In this document: piece after piece, positions 1 through 10,133 of the stretch
Layout of the letters: every line of letters begins with the position of its first letter
Position numbering within the stretch: position 1 is the first letter of the stretch
Assembly: GCA_018062285.1 (NCBI GenBank)
Contig: JAGOSO010000002.1
Location: forward strand, 3,164-67,163
DNA: 64,000 bases
Source: Minisyncoccota bacterium
Lineage (GTDB): Bacteria > Patescibacteriota > Minisyncoccia > 2-02-FULL-40-12 > GWA2-44-9
Direction: 5' to 3'
Notes under the pieces: generated by a model
Told to the model about the DNA's origin: nothing
Database searches by the model: none
What the model saw: the letters and a program-made list of their open reading frames with translations, nothing else
Program-made: the position numbers and the translations under genes

Positions 1-21
1 ACAATGATTATCGAGATCATT

Positions 22-1053
22 TTATTTCAAGCTATCCTGAAAGAGTTTTTTTATCTCGCTGAAATTGCCAACTTTTGGAAGTAGTATATATGCGCCATTT
101 TCCTTGGAATCAACCACTAGGTTTTCTGTAGAGATGACAGTCTTTTTTATTTGGTCCATCTTCAGCTGGTTTGCAAGACTAATAAATTCATTTATATTCC
201 AAACCCCGATGTCTGTCTTAACATGACTCCTTACTGTTGTTAGGACAGAGAAGCTCTTCAGTGGATCACCCAAGAAGTTCAACTTCATTAATTTGTCTTT
301 TATTGCGAAAATAATCTGTTGTTGGCGTCTCGAGCGGTCAAAATCACTAGAAGTGTAACGAGAGCGGGCATAATATAGGGCAGACTGACCATCAAGATGA
401 TTTAAACCGGCAGGTAAAGAAAAACTTGCTCCCCATTGCTGAGTTTCGGTAAATGGAGCCACGAGAGTAACATCAATTCCACCCAAAGAATCGACAATTT
501 CTTTAAAAGAAGAGAAATCAAAAACAACAACTTGATCTATGTAGGTGCCAGTTATTTGAGAGATTTTATCTTTTATAAACTGGAGGCTATTGGAGCTGTG
601 ACTTAAGCCGTATTCATATGCAGAGTTTAATTTGGCCTTTTCTCGGTCGTGTATAGTGACAAACAAATCTCTGGGGATAGATATTAAAGATGATTTTTTG
701 GTGGTTTTATCATAACTAAAAACTTGTATTGAGTCAGTCAGTAGTGGGCCTCCATCTGAGGCATTAGCATCATCTAGACCACGAATACCAAGAACCAAAA
801 CATCAATACGGTTAGGATCTTTGTCTGGCATTGCATAATCTGGGTCGGGTGTAGTCAGGGGCAATATCTGAGTTCCATCCCTAAAACTAAATGGATTATT
901 GATACTAAACTGGTGATCGCTTTTGATCAAATAAAACAACCCAATGACTATTAAAACAGCCAAAATAATATATTTTTTTTCTGGTAATTTGCCCAAGAAT
1001 TTTTTCTTGGAAGGTTGTGTGTTTTCGGGCGATAGAAATGTGACAGGTTCCAT
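22..1053 (-). CDS. LytR/CpsA/Psr (LCP) family cell-envelope protein with N-terminal TM anchor
   Basis: 343-aa ORF; N-terminal hydrophobic helix followed by an extracellular domain with the composition and length typical of LCP phosphotransferases; located next to glycosyltransferase genes. Confidence 0.6.
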   Translation of the reverse strand: MEPVTFLSPENTQPSKKKFLGKLPEKKYIILAVLIVIGLFYLIKSDHQFSINNPFSFRDGTQILPLTTPDPDYAMPDKDPNRIDVLVLGIRGLDDANASDGGPLLTDSIQVFSYDKTTKKSSLISIPRDLFVTIHDREKAKLNSAYEYGLSHSSNSLQFIKDKISQITGTYIDQVVVFDFSSFKEIVDSLGGIDVTLVAPFTETQQWGASFSLPAGLNHLDGQSALYYARSRYTSSDFDRSRRQQQIIFAIKDKLMKLNFLGDPLKSFSVLTTVRSHVKTDIGVWNINEFISLANQLKMDQIKKTVISTENLVVDSKENGAYILLPKVGNFSEIKKLFQDSLK

Positions 1054-2081
1054 TATGAAAAATATGAGTGAATTTGTTGTGGTGTTGTCTTGCAGCCACC
1101 CATGATTGCCTCTCTTTTGCGCAACATTCGAGGGAGCATACGAAGAATGGTCGCGACTTCTGTAAGTACTGTAGTTTCAAAAACCAAGAGATACAAAAAC
1201 ATCATCATCTCACGCGGGACTATATATAAGCAGTCCTTCAGAATATTTATTGTATAATCATTTTTTATGATTGTACAGCGAATATTCCGCCATTCCAGCC
1301 GTCTTTTATTAAGCGGAATAGTGCGACGAATTCTTATGAAATCAAATATTCCACTTCGTGTCCTCTTTGTTGTTTGCCTGTCATGCCAAGCAATGGATGC
1401 GGGGTTGTATAAATGCTTCCACCCAGCCATTCTTAGTCGCCAAGCAACATCTAAATCCTCTGCATACCAAAAGAGGTCATGGTCAGCTATCTCGCCTAAT
1501 ATTTTAATGCTATGCAAAGCCTCGATTCTAAAAAAAGGCGCTGCACCTTCTGTTCCAAATATTTCTTGAGGTATATCAAATTGCCCCAAATCTTCTTGGC
1601 CGTGACCAATGTTTACCACTTTTCTTGAGCGAAAAATTTTAAAGCCACATGTATCAATTTTGGTGCCAAGTTCCGGCAGCCCTGAATTTAAATAGAACTG
1701 CAAAACCTTGGCTTGAAGAGCTCCTGACTTATCGTCTTTCTCCATGATCTCAACTGAATTATGAACGAAGTTTTTATCCAAAATAACATCGACAGATAAA
1801 AACAAAATATATCTTCCGGTAGATTGTTTGAGCAACTCTTCTTGGCCACCCCACATTCCGTGATTATGAGAGCTTTTGGTTATCGATATTTTTAAATTAT
1901 TATTTTTTAATTTCCATTCTTCAGCAATTTTTATTGTTTGGTCACTTGAACCGTTGTCCAAGATATTTATTTCAAAAGAATCCTTGTCATAGGTTTGGCG
2001 AGCGACGGAATCCAAGCAATGATTAATATATTTCCCCCCGTTTAAGACCACGAGATTAATTGAAACAATTGGCTTAGGCAT
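1053..2081 (-). CDS. Family 2 glycosyltransferase
   Basis: N-terminus VSINLVVLNGGKYINHCLDSVARQT...ILDNGSSDQT matches the GT2 (GT-A fold) DxD-type signature; start overlaps the stop of the upstream LCP gene. Confidence 0.75.
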   Translation of the reverse strand: MPKPIVSINLVVLNGGKYINHCLDSVARQTYDKDSFEINILDNGSSDQTIKIAEEWKLKNNNLKISITKSSHNHGMWGGQEELLKQSTGRYILFLSVDVILDKNFVHNSVEIMEKDDKSGALQAKVLQFYLNSGLPELGTKIDTCGFKIFRSRKVVNIGHGQEDLGQFDIPQEIFGTEGAAPFFRIEALHSIKILGEIADHDLFWYAEDLDVAWRLRMAGWKHLYNPASIAWHDRQTTKRTRSGIFDFIRIRRTIPLNKRRLEWRNIRCTIIKNDYTINILKDCLYIVPREMMMFLYLLVFETTVLTEVATILRMLPRMLRKREAIMGGCKTTPQQIHSYFS

Positions 2082-3639
2082 GAATATGGGCCTGAGTAGA
2101 AGCTATTGCTAAAGTGGCCACACAGAGAAGTAGGGCTCTTTCATCGAATATCGCAACATCGGTCATTAGATAAACAAGCACCCACGGGAAGGTGATCAGG
2201 AGTGTTCCGAAATAGGCCCTAAATAATGGATCTTGTGTTTTTACGAAGCGGTTATAGATTTGCTTCAATACCAAGGCTATAAAAGCAAGAAATACCAACA
2301 AGGCTGGAATACCCATTTCAGAAGCAACATGCAGGTAGATATTATGGGCGGAAGAACCAGCCTTAGTAAGTTTTATATCCTGATTTAATACAACTGGAAA
2401 ATTTCCGATACCCACCCCTGTCACAGGGTTTGCTTTAATAGAAATTAAACTTTTTTCCCAAATTTCAATTCGCTGACCGTTAGATGTTTCTCCAAAATCG
2501 ATTATTGATCTGATCCGTTGACCAAACAATAAATAATCCCCTTTCGAAACAAGAAATTGCGGTGAAGAAAAGATTGGGTAAGCTATTGCAAAAAGCATAA
2601 AGAAAAACAACAAGTAAGATGAGATGTACTTGAAAGAATTAGAATATTCTATTCCCGCCCCCTTGAAACGCATATACACCAGAACCAGAATAGACCAAGC
2701 AATCATCGATATACCGCCAGCCCAAATACCGCGAGTTCCAGATAGAATCATCATTAAAAATATTAAGGGTATCCACAAAACGGCAACTTTACCCCTAGTG
2801 AAAAGCATAGTCTTTAGTTTGGAAGCCTTACCCATTGGTTTTATTAAAACCCAAGCAAAGATTGCAGGCAGACCCAATAACAAGAAGATTGGGAATGAGT
2901 GGGAGTCAGGGAATAAAGAAAATACTCTTAGCGACAGCTGATCACCAAAATAAGCAAACCAAGTATTCCCCACATGCACCGCAATGTATGACCACAAATT
3001 ACCAAATTCACGAGCTTGAATCCCCTCGCCCCAAATTCTCATAAATTGATAGATGTCTATGAAGTAAGTGGAGACCACCTGAGCAACACCAACAAGGGTC
3101 ACAATAATCACTGGCACAGAAATGTTCTTTATTAAACGCTTAACAAACTCTTTGCTTCGAGGTGGATAAGCAATCACGATTCCAATCATTGCCGCATTGA
3201 AGAAGTAAATTATTCTCTTTAAGCCCTCGGCTCTATCGGGAGCATGCCAAAGAGATAAAACCGCTAACCACATTAAAATTTTCAATAAAGTTGCCCAAGG
3301 ATGTTCTTTTATGACGGCCCATGGTTTCTTAAAAAATAAAATTAACATTGAGCCAATATAGTGAAAGGTTTCTTTTTGGAATAACCATTTACAGAATAAA
3401 ACTATGGCCAATATCCTCCATTGATTTAAGTTGTCGTAGTTAGTTGTTAGGGGTATCGCGATAAATAAGGGAATGGACCGAACAAAAAATATCAAACCGT
3501 CTTCAACGGAAGTAAGAATGAAATATAATACCAATACTCCGGTTTCATAAATAACTAATTCTCGGGGTAGCCTCCCTATCAATACTGCCCCTACAAATAA
3601 TAAATGAAAGATGAAGAGAGGGTTCAGTATTTTACGCAT
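2074..3639 (-). CDS. Polytopic membrane protein, O-antigen ligase/Wzy-like polymerase
   Basis: 521 aa with >10 predicted TM helices and a large periplasmic loop; sits in a glycosyltransferase operon. Confidence 0.5.
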   Translation of the reverse strand: MRKILNPLFIFHLLFVGAVLIGRLPRELVIYETGVLVLYFILTSVEDGLIFFVRSIPLFIAIPLTTNYDNLNQWRILAIVLFCKWLFQKETFHYIGSMLILFFKKPWAVIKEHPWATLLKILMWLAVLSLWHAPDRAEGLKRIIYFFNAAMIGIVIAYPPRSKEFVKRLIKNISVPVIIVTLVGVAQVVSTYFIDIYQFMRIWGEGIQAREFGNLWSYIAVHVGNTWFAYFGDQLSLRVFSLFPDSHSFPIFLLLGLPAIFAWVLIKPMGKASKLKTMLFTRGKVAVLWIPLIFLMMILSGTRGIWAGGISMIAWSILVLVYMRFKGAGIEYSNSFKYISSYLLFFFMLFAIAYPIFSSPQFLVSKGDYLLFGQRIRSIIDFGETSNGQRIEIWEKSLISIKANPVTGVGIGNFPVVLNQDIKLTKAGSSAHNIYLHVASEMGIPALLVFLAFIALVLKQIYNRFVKTQDPLFRAYFGTLLITFPWVLVYLMTDVAIFDERALLLCVATLAIASTQAHIHA

Positions 3640-5623
3640 AGTTGGTTATCGTTTTGATTAAATTAATAAATCTCTCGGTGTGTGCTGACCAGGTGTATTT
3701 ATTTGCAATCTGTGGTGCTAGCCCTTTAATTTTCTCACGGAGTGCAGTATTTGTCATTGCCTCTCTCATTGCAGTTGCGATAGCTTCCACTGAATGAAGT
3801 TTTTCTACAAATATTGCTGCTTCACCGAATAATTCATGACCTAAAGGATTGTCAGCAACAATTGGGATGCTTCCTTGGGCCAAAGCCTCAAGTGGAGGCA
3901 AACCAAAAGCCTCACGAGATGATACGTAGATCGTAGCCAAGGCGTGAGAGTAAAGCTTGAGAAGTTGTTCTTGTGGCACATGCTCGTACCAGATAACTTT
4001 TTCTGAGCCAAGGTTTTTATTAATATCTGACAACAAAGTCTTTATTCTCGGCGGATTATATTTGTCTGGGCCAACGGCAATAAATTTTAAATTTGGGAAA
4101 TCAGACGATAACTTTTCAAAAGCCATTAAAGATTCTTTCAAATGACGTCTTGGGAATGCCTGTCCGACAAAAAGTAAATAATCCCCATTATCATTATTTA
4201 GTTCTGATTTTGGGTTATCAATGGCCAGGTGATTCACAATGATTCTTTCAGGATCGATACCAAATAGTCTGTGGAGTTCCTTTTTTGATGTTTCTGATAT
4301 GGCCATTATCTTGCTCGCCCACCAAACAGCCCAGGTTGTGAAAATACGATAAGCAATGCGATGTTGAATCTTTTGCTGTTTAGATCTCATCTCATAATAG
4401 ATGTCTTCGGTAAGCATCACTATTGATTTGCCAAAGAATATCACTGGCAACATATAATTTGGGAAAAACATAAAATCCAATCTCTCAAACCACAGTGTCA
4501 CTGGCAAAAACAAGTAGTAATACAAGACAAAAGACTTATGCTTGAATGGTTGTTCAATAATTTTCTTGTGGAATATTGGATTATCCAAGAAAGGTAATTT
4601 TGGAATTTCTGACTTAAAATAAAGGTGGAATTCAAAATCGTTGGCCAATTCTGGACGCATACCTATGTTTTCCAAAGTTTTTAAAACAATCTTCCCCACA
4701 CCCCACATCTCTCCTTCGATTTGTTCACATTCGATGCCGATCTTCTTTTTAGTGTTGATATGGCCCATCTGTTCCATGTAAAAATCGACCACCCCGGACA
4801 AGATCGCTCTGGATAGTTTGGGATTATCGCGAGTTACTATTTTAAAAATCTGATGCAGTGCAATAAGCACACTCCAAGGAACCGCTAAAATCTGAGTTAT
4901 GAGTGACCCATTCTTAAAATTAAAATATAATGCGTTGCGGTAATGATAGCGGTGCAACAATGGCCCACCCAATTCTTTCTTTGTGGTTGTTGAGAGTTTG
5001 TGGTGAACAATTGGGGCTCTTAAATAGTGTGTATCGATTCCAGCCTGCTGGGCTCTGAACGAATAATCAATATCCTCAAAATAAAGAAAATATTTTTCAT
5101 CCATGAAACCAATTTGCTGGAAAGCTTCTTTTGATATAGCCATACCTGCTCCAATAACATAACGATCCGAGACAATCTCGTTTGGGTTGTAGACGTGAAA
5201 ATCTTTTCTACTTGGTGTCTTGAGCCATGAAATCCGACCGCTATATGCAATATCACCGCTTTCTTCTTGAATTGGTAGTCCTGCTAATCCTGTTTTACCA
5301 GAAAGACCTTCGATCAGCTTATTGGAAAAATCAGAATCAACTGCGGTGTCATTGTTAATAAGCACTACCCAGTCCGCGCTATTCTTAAAAGCCTGAACAA
5401 CGCCAGATTTATTACCTGCAGCAAATCCAAGATTGGCCTCATTCTCAATTAAAGAAACATGCTCAATCCCACTTAGGCCTTTACGCAAATATTCTCTATC
5501 TTTAGAGTTGTTATCAACGACAATTAAACTAAAGTTTTCATTTAGTTGGTTTCTTACTGATTCCACTAACCCAAGAGTAGGCTCTGCCCCGTTATAATTA
5601 AGAGTTATGAGGACGACTTTCAT
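3632..5623 (-). CDS. Bifunctional glycosyltransferase (N-terminal GT2 domain + C-terminal GT1/GT4 domain)
   Basis: N-terminus MKVVLITLNYNGAEPTLGLVESVRNQ...VVDNNSKD (GT2); C-terminus EAFGLPPLEALAQGSIPIV (GT1 EX7E-like motif region). Confidence 0.7.
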   Translation of the reverse strand: MKVVLITLNYNGAEPTLGLVESVRNQLNENFSLIVVDNNSKDREYLRKGLSGIEHVSLIENEANLGFAAGNKSGVVQAFKNSADWVVLINNDTAVDSDFSNKLIEGLSGKTGLAGLPIQEESGDIAYSGRISWLKTPSRKDFHVYNPNEIVSDRYVIGAGMAISKEAFQQIGFMDEKYFLYFEDIDYSFRAQQAGIDTHYLRAPIVHHKLSTTTKKELGGPLLHRYHYRNALYFNFKNGSLITQILAVPWSVLIALHQIFKIVTRDNPKLSRAILSGVVDFYMEQMGHINTKKKIGIECEQIEGEMWGVGKIVLKTLENIGMRPELANDFEFHLYFKSEIPKLPFLDNPIFHKKIIEQPFKHKSFVLYYYLFLPVTLWFERLDFMFFPNYMLPVIFFGKSIVMLTEDIYYEMRSKQQKIQHRIAYRIFTTWAVWWASKIMAISETSKKELHRLFGIDPERIIVNHLAIDNPKSELNNDNGDYLLFVGQAFPRRHLKESLMAFEKLSSDFPNLKFIAVGPDKYNPPRIKTLLSDINKNLGSEKVIWYEHVPQEQLLKLYSHALATIYVSSREAFGLPPLEALAQGSIPIVADNPLGHELFGEAAIFVEKLHSVEAIATAMREAMTNTALREKIKGLAPQIANKYTWSAHTERFINLIKTITNYA

Positions 5624-5647
5624 GCATAAATACTAGCAAAAATAAGC

Positions 5648-7372
5648 CTATTTTTCAATCATCATGCGGGCGAGACGGATATCGTCGTAGGAATACATCC
5701 CATCGAATTCTTCGTATACGGGAGTTAGCTTGTCTGTATCAAGTTCGGCAAAAATAGATTGAATTTTAGGAAGTGCCTTCTTTAATTCTGGGGTTACCAA
5801 ACGCAATAGTTCTTCTTGTTTAATGTCTCCGATTTTTATCAACTCTTCGACATGATCAAAGATTGTTCTCTCTTTTAGGCCCCGCGCTTCTGCAATTTCA
5901 GGAATAGTCTTACCTTCTTTCCATAAAGTTAATGTTGCAGTATGCGTATCTATTTTTTCTCCCAAAGATTGCTCGTTTGGTTTTTGGATTTCTTCATCGC
6001 TCAGAGCTTCTAGACTGCCATCACACTTTAAAATAAAATTAACCTGTCTTTTTTGAACTTCATCTTCCGGCATGTTGGCGAACTCCTCTTGCGAGGTTGC
6101 CGAAGCCAATTGAAATTCTTTTTCCTTGGTAATAACATCTGGGTGGACCTGAAAAGCGCGTTGGTTCCAGCCAATCAGATGAACACCGGCCAAGCGCCGT
6201 ACGCGCGACAGGGCAACATAACCCTGTCCGTACTCAAAGACGTCACTTAAATCCATTACAGCCTCATCCAAACTCATTCCTTGGCTCTTGTGGACGGTTA
6301 TGGCCCAAGCCAAACGCAATGGGAACTGAGTAATGGTGGCTTTGGAGACTCCGCCCTCACTAATGCCCCATTCCATAGGCTCAGCTGTGACTAACCTGCC
6401 ATGGCGAGTGCGAATCATCGGATAATTGTCATCTTCACGGAAACCTTCGACTGTCCCGAGCGTGCCATTAACAAATCCGCCGCGAGGATTATTTTTCGTA
6501 AACATGACCGACGCACCAATTTTAAGATTTAAAAATTCTGGAGATAGACAGCCCTTGATTAAAGTTGCCACGAGTGGCGATGGCCCATAAGTACGCATCG
6601 GGAATTCCATCACCTCACCTGGTAATTGCGATAGCATGTCATTATTAACTAAATCGACATCAACATTATGAGAAAAAAGTTTAGGCGCATCAGTTGGCAC
6701 CTTGTCATAGGTTGTGCGTCTTTTTTCCACGTGAGCCACGTGCTTCATGCTAAAAGTATTATTTCTGATAGCCGAAAGAACACCAAGATAATCTTTGTCG
6801 TCTTGACGGTGCTGTTCTGATAGATAGCAAATAATTGGCCTAGATCTTGTCCAAGCCGATGAGTCATAAGAAAATCTAGCTTCTGGCTCATCCAATAAAA
6901 CTATTTGGTCTGGGTCTTCTTCTGTTTTGCGTTTAATAATCGGCGGCAACTGGAAGAAGTCTCCAACAAGAATAACTTGTAAGCCACCGAATGGTTCGTA
7001 GCTTTGGCGAGCTTCGCGGCAAACGGCTTCAACCATATCTAATGTCTTTGGCGCCAGCATTGAAACCTCGTCGATTATCAAAACATTAGTTTCTCTAATT
7101 CTTTTTCCAATGTGTTTGGCGGAGGCGACTCTCCGAATATCTTGCATATCTAGACTGTGGTGAATACCAATACCACTCCAAGAATGGATAGTCATACCAC
7201 CAATGTGTGTAGCAGCGATCCCTGTCGAGGCGGTAATAGCTGGCTCAATGCCGTGTCCACGCAAATAGCGCACGTATTCATTAATCGTGTAACTTTTACC
7301 CGCGCCAGGTTCTCCTGTCAGGAAAACATTTGCTCCGGTCTTTAAAATTGTGAGTGCCTCGGCTTGGGTCAT
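5648..7372 (-). CDS. Pif1/RecD-like SF1 DNA helicase with C-terminal HTH-like domain
   Basis: Walker A LTGEPGAGKSYT, Walker B LIIDEVSM, and C-terminal helicase motifs of the AAA_30/UvrD_C_2 type. Confidence 0.7.
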   Translation of the reverse strand: MTQAEALTILKTGANVFLTGEPGAGKSYTINEYVRYLRGHGIEPAITASTGIAATHIGGMTIHSWSGIGIHHSLDMQDIRRVASAKHIGKRIRETNVLIIDEVSMLAPKTLDMVEAVCREARQSYEPFGGLQVILVGDFFQLPPIIKRKTEEDPDQIVLLDEPEARFSYDSSAWTRSRPIICYLSEQHRQDDKDYLGVLSAIRNNTFSMKHVAHVEKRRTTYDKVPTDAPKLFSHNVDVDLVNNDMLSQLPGEVMEFPMRTYGPSPLVATLIKGCLSPEFLNLKIGASVMFTKNNPRGGFVNGTLGTVEGFREDDNYPMIRTRHGRLVTAEPMEWGISEGGVSKATITQFPLRLAWAITVHKSQGMSLDEAVMDLSDVFEYGQGYVALSRVRRLAGVHLIGWNQRAFQVHPDVITKEKEFQLASATSQEEFANMPEDEVQKRQVNFILKCDGSLEALSDEEIQKPNEQSLGEKIDTHTATLTLWKEGKTIPEIAEARGLKERTIFDHVEELIKIGDIKQEELLRLVTPELKKALPKIQSIFAELDTDKLTPVYEEFDGMYSYDDIRLARMMIEK

Positions 7373-7398
7373 ACGTTCGAGTATACCACTTCCAGGCC

Positions 7399-7974
7399 CT
7401 ATCTCTTAAATAGTTCTTCGGTTAGTTCGGTAACACCGATCTTTTTGTTAACAGAATATGGAATGATTCGATGGTCGCCAACGGCTTTTTGGAGCTCCTG
7501 CATCTTCTTTATGTAGACAGCATTTTTAATCTTATCGACTTTGTTAGCAACAATGAGAATGTTTTTATTACGCTCCTTGAGGCCACGGAGAATTTCTTTG
7601 TCGTTATCGGTCACACCAACTTCAGCATCGATAACCAAGAGAACTAATTTTTGTTGATAGTGAGAGTTGAATAAATACCAAAAGATAATTTTTTTAAGTT
7701 TATCTCGACCTTCCTCATTTGCTTTGGCGTAACCGTAGCCAGGCAAATCAACCAAATAGAAAGACTTATTTATTAAAAATAAATTTACTTCTTGAGTGCG
7801 CCCAGGGAAAGAACTAGTTTTGGCTAACCCTTTTTGCTTGGTCAAAGAATTAATGAGACTAGACTTGCCGACATTTGAACGGCCAATCAAGGCAATCTGG
7901 GCTCGGCCATCATCTAAGGCCTCGTCATCTCCGACTACACTCTTTACGAATTTTGCTGAAGTTATTGTTGGCAT
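7399..7974 (-). CDS. engB: Ribosome biogenesis GTP-binding protein EngB/YihA
   Basis: G1 motif GRSNVGKSSLINSLT; G3 DLPGYG; size 191 aa. Confidence 0.85.
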   Translation of the reverse strand: MPTITSAKFVKSVVGDDEALDDGRAQIALIGRSNVGKSSLINSLTKQKGLAKTSSFPGRTQEVNLFLINKSFYLVDLPGYGYAKANEEGRDKLKKIIFWYLFNSHYQQKLVLLVIDAEVGVTDNDKEILRGLKERNKNILIVANKVDKIKNAVYIKKMQELQKAVGDHRIIPYSVNKKIGVTELTEELFKR

Positions 7975-7985
7975 TTGAATTTATA

Positions 7986-8015
7986 AGAAAATTTGGGGGT
8001 CCCGCCGAAGCGAAA
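7986..8015 (-). terminator. Rho-independent terminator of the GC-rich cassette gene
   Basis: ttgggggt...acccccaa stem followed on the minus strand by attttctt. Confidence 0.5.
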
Positions 8016-8081
8016 CCCCCAAAGAAGATGGTCGACCCAAAGGGTGACTTACTGAAATATTGGAACTATAACTTTACTGAC

Positions 8082-8393
8082 TTAGTCCTGATGGGCGTCG
8101 GTGCCTGCCATGCGAAGACAGTCAGTTTCGGAATGCTTGGTCGTGCAAGTGCACGACCCGACGAACTCACACTTACCCATACCGAAGGGGCATCGTTCTC
8201 CGCCCTGTTCGGCCAACTCGACCCTGGTGTAACTGACGTGCGGCCCTTTGTGTTTGGGAACATCCACACGAGGGGTGAAACTCCCAAGCGCATGAAACAT
8301 GGCGAAGATGTCGGGACGAATCCCCTTCTCCGCTTCCATGATCTTGAGTGCCTCACGCCTATCCAGCTCGCGTTTGACTTGCCGACTTGCCAT
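8082..8393 (-). CDS. Hypothetical Cys-rich protein (approx. 103 aa) in a GC-rich cassette
   Basis: ORF MASRQVKRELDRREALKIMEAEKGIRPDIF...CPFGMGKCEFVGSCTCTT; GGAGG 7 nt upstream of the ATG; strongly GC-biased codons unlike the neighbours; own promoter and terminator. Confidence 0.55.
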   Translation of the reverse strand: MASRQVKRELDRREALKIMEAEKGIRPDIFAMFHALGSFTPRVDVPKHKGPHVSYTRVELAEQGGERCPFGMGKCEFVGSCTCTTKHSETDCLRMAGTDAHQD

Positions 8394-8450
8394 ATGCTTG
8401 CCTCCGAAGCATCTTTGTAGCGTTATAAGGGGCTGGGAACCCTCATAATA

Positions 8451-8479
8451 ACTATACACTCAATTCATGTGAGTGTCAA
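8451..8479 (-). promoter_or_regulatory. Sigma70-like promoter (TTGACA-17-TATAGT) for the 8082-8393 gene
   Basis: Minus-strand reading tctTTGACActcacatgaattgagtgTATAGT located about 60 nt upstream of the start. Confidence 0.5.
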
Positions 8480-8500
8480 AGACAAAAGTGGAGATTTAAA

Positions 8501-9379
8501 CTAGGCAGAAACGTAAGGACGGAGTTCTTTTTTGTGAGCTCTAGAACATTTAGTGCAAGCAATTACTTTTGTGGATGGTCGAGTAGAATCATCATTATAA
8601 AAATCTTCAGATGGTTTACCACAATATGAACAATGACCAACAATTTCTCGGTCTGGAGTATCTACGACTTCGGTGACAATACGATTATCAAAAACAAACA
8701 GTGAACCTTTGAAATGTTTATTGGGATACTTCTCCATGTAGGTATGGATGCCGTCTTTCAATTGATACAAATTATTGAATCCTTTTCCTTTCAAATAGCA
8801 GGTGGCTTTTTCGCAACGAATTCCGCCCGTGCAAACGGTTACGATCTTTTTGTTTTTTAATTCTTTAAGCTCTGGAAGCTTAGATGGTAAATCTCTAAAG
8901 TTTTTAAGCTTAGGATCAATCGTTCTTTCAAAACGACCAGCTTCAACTTCAAAATCATTTCTTAAATCTAGGACGACAAAATCCTTGTCTGTTTTGTATA
9001 GTTTTTCCAATTCTGCCGGAGTCAAAGCCTTGGCTGTGTCTTTTTTAATATTTAACTTGCCTACGCCAAGCGTAACCACTTCGGGTCGGATTTTAACTTG
9101 GAGTTTAGAAAAGGCATTACCAATACCAGCACTCTTTTTGAAAAGAATATCTTTGAATCGTGGCTGAGCATGTAGGACCCGCATGTATTTTTTAATATCT
9201 TCAGTCTTACCTTCTAGGGTTGAATTAATACCTTCTTCGGCAATCAAAAACCGCCCCTTAAGATTCAGGGATTCGCAAAGCGCTTTCTGGTCTTTCTTTA
9301 GTTTTTCAGGGTTTTTAATGCTGATAAACTTATAGAACAGGATAATTGTATATGGAGGGATGGCCTTCTTCATGGGCAT
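8501..9379 (-). CDS. trhO: Rhodanese-domain tRNA uridine(34) hydroxylase TrhO (YceA/UPF0176)
   Basis: UPF0176 N-terminal domain plus rhodanese active-site loop CTGGIRCEKA and a C-terminal Cys cluster. Confidence 0.75.
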   Translation of the reverse strand: MPMKKAIPPYTIILFYKFISIKNPEKLKKDQKALCESLNLKGRFLIAEEGINSTLEGKTEDIKKYMRVLHAQPRFKDILFKKSAGIGNAFSKLQVKIRPEVVTLGVGKLNIKKDTAKALTPAELEKLYKTDKDFVVLDLRNDFEVEAGRFERTIDPKLKNFRDLPSKLPELKELKNKKIVTVCTGGIRCEKATCYLKGKGFNNLYQLKDGIHTYMEKYPNKHFKGSLFVFDNRIVTEVVDTPDREIVGHCSYCGKPSEDFYNDDSTRPSTKVIACTKCSRAHKKELRPYVSA

Positions 9380-9381
9380 TA

Positions 9382-9678
9382 TTATACTATCTCTAGAACC
9401 TTTTGGCGAGACTCTCGGCCTGATTTAATTTTAATTTTAGCCTGAGGCACCTTAAGATGTTCGGCAACAACCCTAATCACCGCATCATTGGCTTTGCCAT
9501 CAACGGCAGGTTCTTTGACCCAAACATAATAAAAATCCATCAATATTTTGGTGTTACGAGTATTCATGGCCGGTTCTCCGGCTCTTTCAATGAATTCTTT
9601 TTTGGCCGAGGCCTTAACTTTTACTAAAATTTTCATTTTATTTAACAAATAACAGTAATGGCAATATGCCACCGGCAA
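9382..9678 (-). CDS. DUF167/YggU family protein
   Basis: ILVKVKASAKKE...KANDAVIRVVAEHLKVPQAKIKIKSGRESRQKVLEI matches the YggU pattern. Confidence 0.7.
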   Translation of the reverse strand: MPVAYCHYCYLLNKMKILVKVKASAKKEFIERAGEPAMNTRNTKILMDFYYVWVKEPAVDGKANDAVIRVVAEHLKVPQAKIKIKSGRESRQKVLEIV

Positions 9679-10123
9679 TAATCAGCGAGACAGGAAATAT
9701 GAACTTAATAATTTGTTCAGCGACTGTCTTTGGTTCGTAAATCAAATTTATTAAACTATAAACAAAAAGCAAAACAACCATTAGCGCAAAATAAGTTAAC
9801 GAGGCAAGAGTTGAAACCGGTGCCACCATTATTCCTACCGCATTAATGAAAGCCATATTACCAAAAATGTTAGTAACATACCCAAGATGATTCCAGAGCC
9901 GCACTTCTTTTTTGTAACCCGTCTTGGCATAGGCCAAACAAGACATAAAAAGCATCGGTACAGCCAGAGTCAATTGAGTGGTAACAATCAAGCTGTATTT
10001 AGCTTGATCTAAAAAAATAATAGTTAGTACCAAAACAAGGCTAGCAAGCATCACTCCATTAATAGCGACTCTCATGGCTGCTTTATCTGCGTTTGGTTTA
10101 TATAATTCAGCGGATTCAATCAT
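9638..10123 (-). CDS. Hypothetical integral membrane protein (4-5 TM)
   Basis: Hydrophobic 161-aa ORF; no recognisable motif. Confidence 0.4.
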   Translation of the reverse strand: MIESAELYKPNADKAAMRVAINGVMLASLVLVLTIIFLDQAKYSLIVTTQLTLAVPMLFMSCLAYAKTGYKKEVRLWNHLGYVTNIFGNMAFINAVGIMVAPVSTLASLTYFALMVVLLFVYSLINLIYEPKTVAEQIIKFIFPVSLIIAGGILPLLLFVK

Positions 10124-10133
10124 GTTATTTAAT

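Noticed and set aside
1267-1569. 100-aa plus-strand ORF
   Set aside because: Entirely antisense to the GT2 gene. Composition is not protein-like.
7875-8420. 181-aa plus-strand ORF
   Set aside because: Its 5' part is antisense to engB and the remainder overlaps the better-supported minus-strand gene. GC-rich DNA produces long spurious ORFs.
7978-8500. GC-rich ORF-poor gap that I initially suspected to be RNase P RNA or tmRNA
   Set aside because: No GGAAAGUCCGGGCUCC-type P4, no AGGGUGAAA, no tRNA-like T-arm or ALAA tag-coding stretch on either strand. Instead there is a promoter, a GGAGG SD and a protein-like ORF (8082-8393).
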